NCBI GenBank assembly: GCA_019115455.1
Contig: DXDN01000006.1
Location: 75,463 to 139,462 of the forward strand
From: Candidatus Eubacterium faecigallinarum
GTDB taxonomy: Bacteria > Bacillota > Clostridia > Oscillospirales > Acutalibacteraceae
Length of the DNA stretch: 64,000 bases
Reading direction: 5' to 3'
Numbering within the stretch: position 1 is the first letter of the stretch; each line of letters begins with the position of its first letter. Of this stretch, positions 37,196 to 46,410 are shown one piece after another. The notes below the pieces were generated by a model that saw nothing but the letters and a program-made list of their open reading frames with translations, did no database searches and was not told where the DNA came from. Both the position numbers and the translations under genes were made by a program.

Positions 37196-39268
37196 TTAAT
37201 CAATAGAAACTACAAGCTGATATGCAGATTCAGTAGCATCGGCAATTCTTCCTATCTTAGCGCTATCACCGATATTATATGCTTTATATTTCTTTGACTT
37301 GCTTATTTCATTATAAAGCTCAGCATCAGGTCTTACACCCATGGATAGAACAACGAAATCGACAGCCACTTCTACCTTAGTATGGTCGTCTGTCTTTTCA
37401 AGAACAACGCCATCGCTGTTTATGGTGACAAGTCTATGTCCCGGCATAAATACGGTGCCGCCTGCTTCAAGCTTAGGCATAGCGTCGTCCACCTGCTGGA
37501 ACCATGCACCGGGAGCAATTTTATCTGCCATTTCAACAATTACTACCTTATTGCCCTGCTCAACAAGAAGCTCGCTTGTTTCAAGTCCGGTCATACCGGA
37601 GCCTATAACGGCAACCCTTTTACCGCTGAGCTTAATTGAACCGTCAAGAATTTCGGTAACCGTTGACGCATTATCAGCGTGATAAGCCTTTGGATAAACA
37701 GCATTTCCGCCGGTGGCGGTAATAACTATCTCAGGCTCATATTTATCAATTATTTCGCCGGTAACGTTAACGCCGAATTCAACTTTAACGCCAAGCTGTT
37801 TAACATTGCTGAGAAGGTCTGTACAAACCCAGCCCATTTTATCCTTATGCGGCGGCTTCTTTGCGAGATTGAGCTGACCTCCAGCCTCCTGCTCTCTTTC
37901 AAGCACCGTAACGTCAAATTTGCGCTCTGCCAAAAGCTGCGCAGCTGTCAGTCCCGCGGGACCAGCACCGACAACAAGCACCTTTCTACCGTTGCCGTTC
38001 TTTTTAAGAACAACAGACTCTCTGCCGACAAACGGATTAACGGAGCAGTGACCGTGGCTGTAATGATAAGCGTTGTGCATCATGCTTTCAAAACAGTAAA
38101 GACAGCAGACGCATCTCTTAACAGTGTCCTCCCTGCCGTCTGCAACCTTATTAACCCAGTGAGGGTCGGCAATAAGCGGTCTGCCAAGAGAAACAAAATC
38201 CTGGATGCCGTCCTGAAGCTGGAGTTCAGCCTGTTTAGGAGAGCGGATAAGATTTGCGGCAATTACCGGAATATCAACTACTTTCTTTACTTCGGCGGCA
38301 AGATTTTTCCTCCAGCCGCACTCAAAGGTAGTCGGCTCAAGCCAGTAATTAAAAGTATCATATGCCGCAGAAGAAACGTCGATAGCGTCAATACCTTTGT
38401 CGCTCAGGATTTTAGCCATTTTAAGTCCTTCGTTAAGTCCGTAACCCTTGCCCTTTTGTCCTATTCTGTCATACATTTCATCTACTGTAAGCCGAACTAC
38501 TATCGGGAAATCTTTGCCGCAGTTTTTCCTGATACCGTCAATTATTTCGGTAAGAAATCTCATTCTGTTTTCGAGACTTCCGCCGTACTCATCGGTACGC
38601 TTGTTTGTATTCGGCGACAAAAACTGCTGGATAAGATAACCGTGGGCGGCATGGAGCTCAACGCCGTCGCAGCCAGCCTTTTGAACTCTGACAGCGCCCT
38701 CTATGAACTGGCATATAAGCTTCTTAATCTCATTTTTTGTAAGCGCTCTGTTTACGCTGCCGCTCATTTTGCTTTTTTCACATTTGCTTGGTGCAACTGT
38801 CCTCGGAACTATGCCCTTGCTTTGAAGCTTTTTACCTGGCGGAATAACTCCCTCGGTCAAAATCTTAGTGTAAAGATTACCCATAATTTTATCGCCGGCA
38901 ACGCAAAGCGGCACGGTACCGATCATCAGTCCCATATTCTGACGTCCGGGATGATGAAGCTCAACCATAATCTTGCAGCCGTGTCTGTGGATTCGCCTTG
39001 CCATTTCCTTGAGAGCAGGTATCTGATAATCGTGGCTCATTGCAAGCTGGCCGAAAGATGAAGCGCCGGTTATATCGTTTACCCTTGTTATTTCAGTAAA
39101 AATAAGACCCACTCCGCCCTTGGCACGTTCTTCGTAATAATCCATCATGGTTTTCGTGGCGCAGCCGTTATACTGACCGAAGCCCATGCACATCGGAGCC
39201 ATTACAACTCTGTTTTTAATTTCAACTTTTCCGATTTTCATCGGAGAAAAAAGCTTGGTGTATTCCAT
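37196..39268 (-). CDS. Two-domain NADH:flavin oxidoreductase (OYE-like FMN domain plus FAD/NAD(P)-binding domain; 2,4-dienoyl-CoA/enoate reductase family)
   Basis: The N-terminus LFSPMKIGKVEIKNRVVMAPM is typical of OYE enzymes. A CxxC..C cluster region (CVCCLYC) and Rossmann motifs VLVVGAGPAGL and VAVIGSGMTGLE are present. Start at MEYTKLF. Confidence 0.85.
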   Translation of the reverse strand: MEYTKLFSPMKIGKVEIKNRVVMAPMCMGFGQYNGCATKTMMDYYEERAKGGVGLIFTEITRVNDITGASSFGQLAMSHDYQIPALKEMARRIHRHGCKIMVELHHPGRQNMGLMIGTVPLCVAGDKIMGNLYTKILTEGVIPPGKKLQSKGIVPRTVAPSKCEKSKMSGSVNRALTKNEIKKLICQFIEGAVRVQKAGCDGVELHAAHGYLIQQFLSPNTNKRTDEYGGSLENRMRFLTEIIDGIRKNCGKDFPIVVRLTVDEMYDRIGQKGKGYGLNEGLKMAKILSDKGIDAIDVSSAAYDTFNYWLEPTTFECGWRKNLAAEVKKVVDIPVIAANLIRSPKQAELQLQDGIQDFVSLGRPLIADPHWVNKVADGREDTVKRCVCCLYCFESMMHNAYHYSHGHCSVNPFVGRESVVLKKNGNGRKVLVVGAGPAGLTAAQLLAERKFDVTVLEREQEAGGQLNLAKKPPHKDKMGWVCTDLLSNVKQLGVKVEFGVNVTGEIIDKYEPEIVITATGGNAVYPKAYHADNASTVTEILDGSIKLSGKRVAVIGSGMTGLETSELLVEQGNKVVIVEMADKIAPGAWFQQVDDAMPKLEAGGTVFMPGHRLVTINSDGVVLEKTDDHTKVEVAVDFVVLSMGVRPDAELYNEISKSKKYKAYNIGDSAKIGRIADATESAYQLVVSID

Positions 39269-39323
39269 AACGCACAACCTCTGTTTTCAAAATTTAGGGC
39301 AACCGTTAAAGCTGCCCTGAAGA

Positions 39324-39887
39324 TTATTTTCTATTTGACTTTTTATTTTGCTTATTATTTTTATGAGCGTATTTCTTTTCTTTTTCCTTGTCCTGTCGCT
39401 TAGCCCAGCTCTTAAACCAAAGAAAGATTATACCGAAAACTATAAGTATACAGATTATAACAAATATTACGGATATTACTTTCTTTATCTGATTGAACGT
39501 ATCAGTGGAATTTATCATAAACGCAATATAAGGTGAACCGTAATCCTCACCGTTATATTTAATTGTATCAGCGCCGTTTACGATGACCTTTTCGTCGTTC
39601 TCATCATAGTAGTAGAACTGAATGGCATTCATCGGCTCATCAATATCTTCTTTGAAATCAAAGTCTTCGTTCTTTTGCTTATACAGCAGGAAAGGAAATC
39701 CGTTATTTTCAGTAAGGTCTACTGTGTCCGGCATGATTGCGTACAGCAAATCAGCCTGGATATGTGATTTATTTACATTAATGGTGATAATTGCGGTAAT
39801 TACCACAACTAATGCAACTATAAGCGCTATCAGTTTTTTAACTGTTTTTTTATCTTTAAAATCAATTTTTTTAACAATATTCTTCAT
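39324..39887 (-). CDS. Hypothetical membrane protein (TM helices near both ends, Lys-rich C-terminal tail)
   Basis: I moved the start to the ATG at 39887, 7 nt after GGAG. The gene is very AT-rich and I recognised no family. Confidence 0.5.
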   Translation of the reverse strand: MKNIVKKIDFKDKKTVKKLIALIVALVVVITAIITINVNKSHIQADLLYAIMPDTVDLTENNGFPFLLYKQKNEDFDFKEDIDEPMNAIQFYYYDENDEKVIVNGADTIKYNGEDYGSPYIAFMINSTDTFNQIKKVISVIFVIICILIVFGIIFLWFKSWAKRQDKEKEKKYAHKNNKQNKKSNRK

Positions 39888-39971
39888 GTCATCACTCCGC
39901 AAACATTATATCAAACATATTAAACAAGGTCAAGAAAAGGAGCAAGACGAATCCCGCTCCTCATTTTAATT

Positions 39972-40895
39972 TTATTTCATTTTATTTTTCTCAGCTTTGG
40001 CTGCGAGTTTTGCCTTAGCTTCTTCAACTTTTCGTGCTTCCTCTTCAGCAGCAGCTTTTTCAGCAGCAACACGGGATTTTTCACGTTCAATTTCTTTCTG
40101 GCGTTCTTTTTCCTCTTTAGCAGCTTTTCTTGCAAGTCGTTCCTCTTCAAGAGTTTCGTCGCTCTTGGCAGGAGCCTTTGCAACCGCTATATTTATACCT
40201 GTTGCTACAAGCAGAAGTGCAAGCGCAATAAAATAACCCCACGAAACAGATGCTGTTGCGTTTATAACGGCAAACTCACCGAAGTTGTAAGCAACTTCCT
40301 GTTGTGCGATTGTTCCGCTCATAACGAAGCAAACAACTGACGCAACAGACGCAGCAATTGAAAGAAAATCAAACACAACCGTCGATACTGTTTTCGGGTA
40401 CTTGCACATGATTATATTCAAAAGGAATGCAATTACGATAAACAAAGCACTGAGTGCAAACAAGATGTATCCGGCAACACCGAGAGTCAGTGCTCCGCCG
40501 TAGCCCTCAAACCCCATATTAGTTATATAAAGATTTATATTTGAAAAAAGGCTTGAGAAAAAGTCGATAAGCGACTTGTTTGAGACAAATGAAATAATGC
40601 TCAAATCAAAGGATTCGCCCTCACTTTTGAGCACGGCCCATGGAAGTATGAATCCGATAGCAGGTAAAAATGTCAGAACAAGCCTTGCAATTCGAAGTTT
40701 TGTACCGAATATTGAATATGAGATTCTGTTAATAGTCCTATTGAAAACAGTAAACTGCTTTTCCGCCTTAATATTATCCTCTTCCAGTCGTGCCTGCCAA
40801 TTATAGTTCGGTATGGACACACCGCAGGCAGAACACTCCGCCTTAACATCCCAAATATGCAGCTTTTTTCCGCAGTTAGGACAGGTACTTGCCAT
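39972..40895 (-). CDS. Zinc-ribbon membrane protein with a charged coiled-coil C-terminal tail (function unknown)
   Basis: N-terminal CPNCG...CSACG zinc ribbon, about five TM helices, and a C-terminal E/K/A-rich segment of about 70 aa. Confidence 0.55.
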   Translation of the reverse strand: MASTCPNCGKKLHIWDVKAECSACGVSIPNYNWQARLEEDNIKAEKQFTVFNRTINRISYSIFGTKLRIARLVLTFLPAIGFILPWAVLKSEGESFDLSIISFVSNKSLIDFFSSLFSNINLYITNMGFEGYGGALTLGVAGYILFALSALFIVIAFLLNIIMCKYPKTVSTVVFDFLSIAASVASVVCFVMSGTIAQQEVAYNFGEFAVINATASVSWGYFIALALLLVATGINIAVAKAPAKSDETLEEERLARKAAKEEKERQKEIEREKSRVAAEKAAAEEEARKVEEAKAKLAAKAEKNKMK

Positions 40896-40929
40896 AATGG
40901 CACCCCTTTCTAAAAAATGTTACTAAGGT

Positions 40930-40958
40930 ATTTTATAATTATTTCACTTGATTGTCAA
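40930..40958 (-). promoter_or_regulatory. Sigma-A type promoter for the zinc-ribbon membrane protein gene
   Basis: Minus strand reads TTGACA - 17 nt - TAAAAT. Confidence 0.6.
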
Positions 40959-41038
40959 TACAATTCTTAGATATAATTATAATTCAGCATTGCGCAGCGA
41001 TTCATAAACAGATTTTCTTCACTGAAATAAAATTAAAA

Positions 41039-41072
41039 TTTTGTTAAGAAGCAAATTTTGTTAAGAAGCAAA
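41039..41072. repeat. Perfect tandem duplication of a 17-bp unit (ttttgttaagaagcaaa x2, with a partial third copy to about 41080)
   Basis: Read directly from the sequence: 41039-41055 is identical to 41056-41072. It lies 18 bp upstream of a -35 box. Confidence 0.9.
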
Positions 41073-41089
41073 TTAAGAAATAAAAAGTA

Positions 41090-41118
41090 TTGATTTCGCC
41101 CATTCAATATGATAGTAT
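41090..41118 (+). promoter_or_regulatory. Sigma-A type promoter for the GPH transporter gene
   Basis: TTGATT - 17 nt - TAGTAT, with a TGa extended -10. Confidence 0.5.
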
Positions 41119-41194
41119 AGTTATGTTGCAAACTATTGAGGGAATGACCTGTATTCGGTCACATATATGATTACCAAGGAAATGAGGGAATATT

Positions 41195-42730
41195 TTGGCA
41201 GAAGAAATCATTACCGATGAATTGACCCAGGCTGAAATGGACGAGCTTGATAAGCTCGCATATACGCATAAGCGTTATCTTACTCCAAAAGAAATAGCCG
41301 CTTATGTGCTTGTTAATTTCGGTCAGAAAAATCTTACCCAGTTTGTTGACGCTTTTAAGGAATTCTTTATGATTCAGTTCCTTAAGCTGAACACAACCGC
41401 TTATGCAAATATCAATCTGTTTGCGTCTATCTATGACGCGGTGGACGATACGATATCCGGTCTTATCATTGACCGAACCCGAACAAGATGGGGCCGTATC
41501 CGACCGTTCTTTATTCTACCTTTACCGCTTTGGGTAATCGGCGGCGGAATGATGTTCTCCGCTCCGGATATCGGTCAAGGTGAAAAAATTGCTTGGGCAG
41601 CAGTAGCTGTAGTAATCTACGGTCTCGGCATGAGTTACTTCGGTGCTTGGAACCTTATGATATATAATATCACGCCCAACACCGACGAAAGAGATAACCT
41701 GATTACCACGACAAAATTCTTTGAGCTTTTCGGTACATGGCTTCCGTCACTGGTACCCGTGCTTGTTACGCTTCTTCCAAAACTGAGTGATAAGATCACG
41801 ATGAAAAGCATTTACTCCGGATTCGCATACTTTATGCTTATCTTAGCGGCATCCTTTGCCATATTCGGCTTCTTTAACATGAGAGAACGTGTTCCGCTTA
41901 TGAGCCGTGAGGAGATCAAAGAAACATCGGTACTGGAATCCATTAAAAACATATTTACCAACAGACCGCTTTTTGTTGTCATTCTCGCAAATTTCTTCAA
42001 CTCCTTCAAAGCCGTCGGCGGATCGTCGGAATCTTATTTCTGGCTGAACAACACCGGCTCACTGATGAATCAGACAATATGCGGACTTTTTACCGGTATA
42101 CCGAACTATATTATGGTTCCCCTCGCCGCAAAAATGGTTAAAAAATTCGGCGCCAGAGCCACATCTATTATCGCCGGATTATTCGGTTTCTTCGCTTATA
42201 TGACATTATTCTTCGTGGGCTATCATCCGTTTGGTCAGACCTTCAGCGATAATTACATACTGAATCTGATATGGGTTATTTTCGCACTGACGATATGCGG
42301 ACTGCCGAATAAGCTCCTTCTTGTAAGCGGTCAGATTGTTACAGCGGAAGCCCTTGACTATATGGAATGGAAGCACGGACTCAGAAACGAAGCGCTTGTT
42401 ACAACCGTTCAGGGTTATTTCGGAAAGCTGGCTACTTCTGTTACCGGCTGGCTGTCAGGTATGGTTCTTACCTGGATCAACTATGTACCGCTTACAGACT
42501 CACTGGGCAACGCGATTCCTCAGACTGACCCCGATATGCTTAACGGTATCTGGGCAGTATTCTGTATCCTCCCTGCTCTTGCAAGAGGACTTTACGGCGT
42601 ATCCTTTATGATTTATCCTATCCACGGTAAATTGCAGCAGCAGATGATCGTTGAGCTTGCTGATAAGCGTGCCAACAGACTTGCTGAGCAGAACGCAAAA
42701 GACGCTGAAATAAACGGAGACGCAGAATAA
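41195..42730 (+). CDS. Glycoside-pentoside-hexuronide (GPH):cation symporter family transporter
   Basis: 511 aa, about 12 TM helices, and the GPH signature region D.T.G.IIDRTRTRWGR.RPF. TTG start preceded by GAGGGA. Confidence 0.8.
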   Translation: MAEEIITDELTQAEMDELDKLAYTHKRYLTPKEIAAYVLVNFGQKNLTQFVDAFKEFFMIQFLKLNTTAYANINLFASIYDAVDDTISGLIIDRTRTRWGRIRPFFILPLPLWVIGGGMMFSAPDIGQGEKIAWAAVAVVIYGLGMSYFGAWNLMIYNITPNTDERDNLITTTKFFELFGTWLPSLVPVLVTLLPKLSDKITMKSIYSGFAYFMLILAASFAIFGFFNMRERVPLMSREEIKETSVLESIKNIFTNRPLFVVILANFFNSFKAVGGSSESYFWLNNTGSLMNQTICGLFTGIPNYIMVPLAAKMVKKFGARATSIIAGLFGFFAYMTLFFVGYHPFGQTFSDNYILNLIWVIFALTICGLPNKLLLVSGQIVTAEALDYMEWKHGLRNEALVTTVQGYFGKLATSVTGWLSGMVLTWINYVPLTDSLGNAIPQTDPDMLNGIWAVFCILPALARGLYGVSFMIYPIHGKLQQQMIVELADKRANRLAEQNAKDAEINGDAE

Positions 42731-42753
42731 TAAAAAAATATTTGAACTGTTAT

Positions 42754-42792
42754 AAAAATACCGGCTGCTTAATAAAGCAGCCGGTATTTTTC
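42754..42792. terminator. Bidirectional terminator between the GPH transporter and ABC exporter genes
   Basis: 12-bp stem ataccggctgct/agcagccggtat flanked by an A-run and a T-run. Confidence 0.75.
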
Positions 42793-42807
42793 TGGATATA
42801 TTATCGT

Positions 42808-44550
42808 TTACATTCCTTTCGGGAACTGGGAATTATACAGCGTATAATAAAATCCTTTTTTCTCAAAAAGCTCTTTATGACTTCCCTGTTCAACAATATC
42901 TCCGTTATTCATAACAAGTATGATATTCGCATTTTTTATTGTGGAAAGACGGTGGGCGACAATAAAGGTTGTCCTGCCCTTCATCAGCTTGTTAAAAGCC
43001 TTTTGAATTCTGATTTCCGTTCTGGTATCAATCGAGGAGGTTGCCTCGTCAAGAATGAGGATAGGAGGAGGAGACAGCATTAATCTTGTGATGCAAAGCA
43101 GCTGTTTCTGCCCCTGGGACAGCGAGCCGCCATCCTCACCAATAAAAGTATCATATCCGTTAGGTAATCTTCTGATAAAAGAATGTGCGTGAGCAGCCTT
43201 AGCGGCGTTTACAACTTCTTCGTCAGTTGCATTTGGATTGGCAAGGCGAATATTCTCAGCAATTGTTCCGCTTTTAAGCCATGTATCCTGAAGCACCATG
43301 CCGATATTCTGCCTCAGAGACTTTCTTGTAATATCAAGCACATTGGTGCCGTCCAGAAGAATACTGCCGCTGTTAGGGTCATAAAATCTCATCAAAAGAT
43401 TTATAAGCGTTGTCTTTCCGCATCCTGTAGGACCAACAATCGCAACAGTCATTCCCTTTTTGACATTCAGGTTGAGGTCGGTTATAAGCGGTTTATCAGG
43501 CGAATAGGAAAACGCAAGATGCCTTATCTCCACATCGCCTTCGGCAAGAGTCAAAACTTTTGCATCTTCTCTGTCCGGTGCAACGCTTTCCTCTTCAATA
43601 AGATTCAGCACTCGTGCTGCGCAGGCAAGTGCATTCTGAAGCTCGGTAACAACCGAAGTGATCTCGTTAAAAGGCTTTGTATACTGATTAGCGTACGCAA
43701 GGAAGCTTGAGAGTATACCAACGGTTATGCTGCCGTTGATAACAAGAAACGCTCCGAACAAAGCAACAGCCGCGTAAACAATTGCGTTTACAAATCTTGT
43801 AGTTGGATTGGTTATTGATGAAAAGAATGTGGCTTTAAGTGAATACTCAGCAAGTCGGTTATTTATTTCATCAAACCTTGTAAGATTTTTTTCGCTCATA
43901 TTATAAGCGTCCGCAACCTTCTGATTCGATACCATCTCATCAATAAAAGCAGTCTGCTCTCCCCTTGCCTGTGACTGCAGCGAAAACATTTTGTATGTTC
44001 TTGTTGCAATAAATTTAGCGATGAAGAATGAGAGCGGCGTTACTACAACAACTACAAGTGTAATCCACGGATTGATTGAAAGCATAAAACATATTGTACC
44101 GATTATTGTGATTACACCGCTGAAAAACTGGGTAAATCCAAGAAGCAATCCGTCAGAAAGCTGGTCGACGTCATTTATCACTCTGCTGACTATATCGCCC
44201 TTTGAATGTGAGTCGAGATAAGAGCAGGGCAAATTTTCGATTTTATCAAACGCCTTTTGCCTCATATCTCTCGACACATTATAGACAATTTTGTTGTTGT
44301 AGATATTCATCAACCACTGAGCAAGTGCAGTTATTGCAATAACAATCACCAGTTTTATAAGGATTTTGCTCATAAGAGAAAAATCAACATTTCCCGGTGA
44401 AACGATACAGTCAATGGCATTACCTATAAGAATCGGAGCGTAGAGCGTTAATGCAACGCTGATAATGGCAAAAAGCATTGACAGCGCCAGAAAATACTTA
44501 TATTTATCGATATACGAAAGAACTTTTTTTAGTGTTGCCTTACTGTTCAT
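42808..44550 (-). CDS. ABC exporter, fused permease/ATPase (second subunit of a heterodimeric type)
   Basis: Six-TM exporter domain plus an NBD with Walker A GPTGCGKTT, signature LSQGQKQ and Walker B ILILDEATS. Confidence 0.85.
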   Translation of the reverse strand: MNSKATLKKVLSYIDKYKYFLALSMLFAIISVALTLYAPILIGNAIDCIVSPGNVDFSLMSKILIKLVIVIAITALAQWLMNIYNNKIVYNVSRDMRQKAFDKIENLPCSYLDSHSKGDIVSRVINDVDQLSDGLLLGFTQFFSGVITIIGTICFMLSINPWITLVVVVVTPLSFFIAKFIATRTYKMFSLQSQARGEQTAFIDEMVSNQKVADAYNMSEKNLTRFDEINNRLAEYSLKATFFSSITNPTTRFVNAIVYAAVALFGAFLVINGSITVGILSSFLAYANQYTKPFNEITSVVTELQNALACAARVLNLIEEESVAPDREDAKVLTLAEGDVEIRHLAFSYSPDKPLITDLNLNVKKGMTVAIVGPTGCGKTTLINLLMRFYDPNSGSILLDGTNVLDITRKSLRQNIGMVLQDTWLKSGTIAENIRLANPNATDEEVVNAAKAAHAHSFIRRLPNGYDTFIGEDGGSLSQGQKQLLCITRLMLSPPPILILDEATSSIDTRTEIRIQKAFNKLMKGRTTFIVAHRLSTIKNANIILVMNNGDIVEQGSHKELFEKKGFYYTLYNSQFPKGM

Positions 44551-46262
44551 TATTCATCCTCCTTTGAAAACTGAGAGGAGTATATCTCCTTATAAACATC
44601 GCATGATTCAAGAAGCTGCTTGTGCGTGCCCTGTCCGACGCACTCGCCGTCCTCCAGTACAAGGATTTTGTCGGCAGCCATAACTGACGACGCTCTCTGA
44701 GATACAATGAAAACAGTGGGATTGTAATCAAGGGAATATATTTCTTCCCTCAGCCTTGCTTCTGTGGCGTAGTCAAGAGCGGACGAAGAATCGTCAAGCA
44801 CAAGAATATCGGGTCTGCGCACAAGAGCTCTTGCTACGGAAAGGCGCTGTTTCTGACCTCCGGAAAGATTATTACCGTTTTGATTTATCATAAAATCAAG
44901 TCCGCCTTTATCGGCGATAATGTCATAAATCTGAGCCTGCTTTAGGGCGGTAATTATTTCCTCATCGGTGGCGTCACTGCGTCCCCATTTCATATTGTCA
45001 CGCACTGTGCCTTTAAACAAAACTGCCTTTTGCTGAACAAAGCCGACCTTATCTTTTAGGGTTTCATAATCAACGCTCTTAACGTCCCTGCCGTCAACAT
45101 ATACGCAGCCCTGCGTTGCGTCGTAAAAATGCGGAATAAGTGAAACCAGGCTGGATTTGCCCGAGCCGGTGCCGCCTATAATTCCTACGATATCGCCCTT
45201 ATCAGCTTTAAAAGAAATGTCGTCAAGGGTTTTATCCGATGCGTTGTTATATACCAGAGAAACGTTCCTGAATTCAACATACGCATCTGAGCGTGACTGG
45301 TTGTCATTATGCTCCAGCGTATTTTCCTGCTCAAAAACATGGTTTATTCTGTCGGCTGAGGCAAACGCCTTTGTTACAGTGATAATAAGATTAGCAAGTT
45401 TTATCAGTTCAACAAGTATCTGGCTCATATAGTTATAAAGCGCAATTACCTCGCCTTGGGTAAGGTCACCGCTGTTTACACGCAGACCGCCGGCATGTAC
45501 GAGCACGACAATTGCAATATTTATAATAATATAAGTTACAGGATTAAGGAGCGCTGAAATTTTGCCAACGCTTTTTTGAAGCTTAGAAAGTGCGTTATTG
45601 CGCTTTGTAAACTCCTTAATCTCGTTTTCCTCATCGGTAAATGCTCTGATTACCCTTGCGCCGGACAAATTTTCTCTTGTTATAAGCGTAACGCTGTCGA
45701 GTTTTGCCTGGATTCTCTTGTGCTGGGGAATTGTGTATGCCATAATGCTGAACACAACAATAGACAGTAAAACAATTGCCCCGAGAAAAATGAGCGCGCA
45801 CTTAACGTCTATGAAAAACGCCATACCCATTGCGCCGAGCACAATCAGCGGAGAACGAAGCAGCAATCTCAATACCAAGTTTACGCCGTTTTGTATCTGA
45901 TTAATATCATTAGTCATTCTGGTAATCAGCGACGAGGTGCCGAGTCCGTCAATATCACTGAATGATAGTGACTGAATCTTGGCGTAAAGAGAATGTCTGA
46001 GCTTTGTGCCGAAACCGGTGGCAGCTTTTGCCGCAAAATACTGAGCGGTTATGGCCGCAACCATACCTATTAGTGCAAGAACAACTAAAATACCGGTTCT
46101 GCCAAGCACATAAGATTTGTCATTATTGGCGATACCCACGTCAATTATCGATGCAATAACCAGTGGAACAATCAGTTCAAAGGTTGCCTCCAGCAACTTA
46201 AAAAGCGGGGCAAGCACCGATTCAGCGATGTAGCTTTTTAAATAAACAAGTAACTTTTTCAC
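44550..46262 (-). CDS. ABC exporter, fused permease/ATPase (first subunit)
   Basis: Walker A GGTGSGKSS, signature LSGGQKQR, Walker B ILVLDDSSS (D in place of the catalytic E, as in asymmetric heterodimers). Its stop overlaps the partner's start by 1 nt. Confidence 0.85.
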   Translation of the reverse strand: MKKLLVYLKSYIAESVLAPLFKLLEATFELIVPLVIASIIDVGIANNDKSYVLGRTGILVVLALIGMVAAITAQYFAAKAATGFGTKLRHSLYAKIQSLSFSDIDGLGTSSLITRMTNDINQIQNGVNLVLRLLLRSPLIVLGAMGMAFFIDVKCALIFLGAIVLLSIVVFSIMAYTIPQHKRIQAKLDSVTLITRENLSGARVIRAFTDEENEIKEFTKRNNALSKLQKSVGKISALLNPVTYIIINIAIVVLVHAGGLRVNSGDLTQGEVIALYNYMSQILVELIKLANLIITVTKAFASADRINHVFEQENTLEHNDNQSRSDAYVEFRNVSLVYNNASDKTLDDISFKADKGDIVGIIGGTGSGKSSLVSLIPHFYDATQGCVYVDGRDVKSVDYETLKDKVGFVQQKAVLFKGTVRDNMKWGRSDATDEEIITALKQAQIYDIIADKGGLDFMINQNGNNLSGGQKQRLSVARALVRRPDILVLDDSSSALDYATEARLREEIYSLDYNPTVFIVSQRASSVMAADKILVLEDGECVGQGTHKQLLESCDVYKEIYSSQFSKEDE

Positions 46263-46410
46263 GGCTTCTCCTTAATTTAAAACTGTTATATTATTATAGA
46301 GTCATTAACAGTCGCTGTCAATAACTTAAAAAATCAAAAATAATAAAAATTCTTCTTTAATTTTCTTTATTGTGGGTTTATAATATAGAAAAAAACAGAG
46401 GTAATTGAAA

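Noticed and set aside
37679-39061. A 460-aa ORF on the plus strand, the longest unexplained ORF in the track
   Set aside because: It lies entirely antisense to the well-supported flavin oxidoreductase gene. Its translation is low-complexity with no motifs, SD or promoter. Long antisense frames arise when the sense gene avoids TTA/CTA/TCA codons in that register. I treat it as a shadow ORF.
41039-41080. The tandem 17-bp repeat considered as a possible minimal CRISPR array or mobile-element end
   Set aside because: The copies are directly adjacent with no spacers, there are only about 2.5 units, the unit has no palindromic repeat structure, and no cas or transposase genes are nearby. I kept it as a candidate regulatory repeat.
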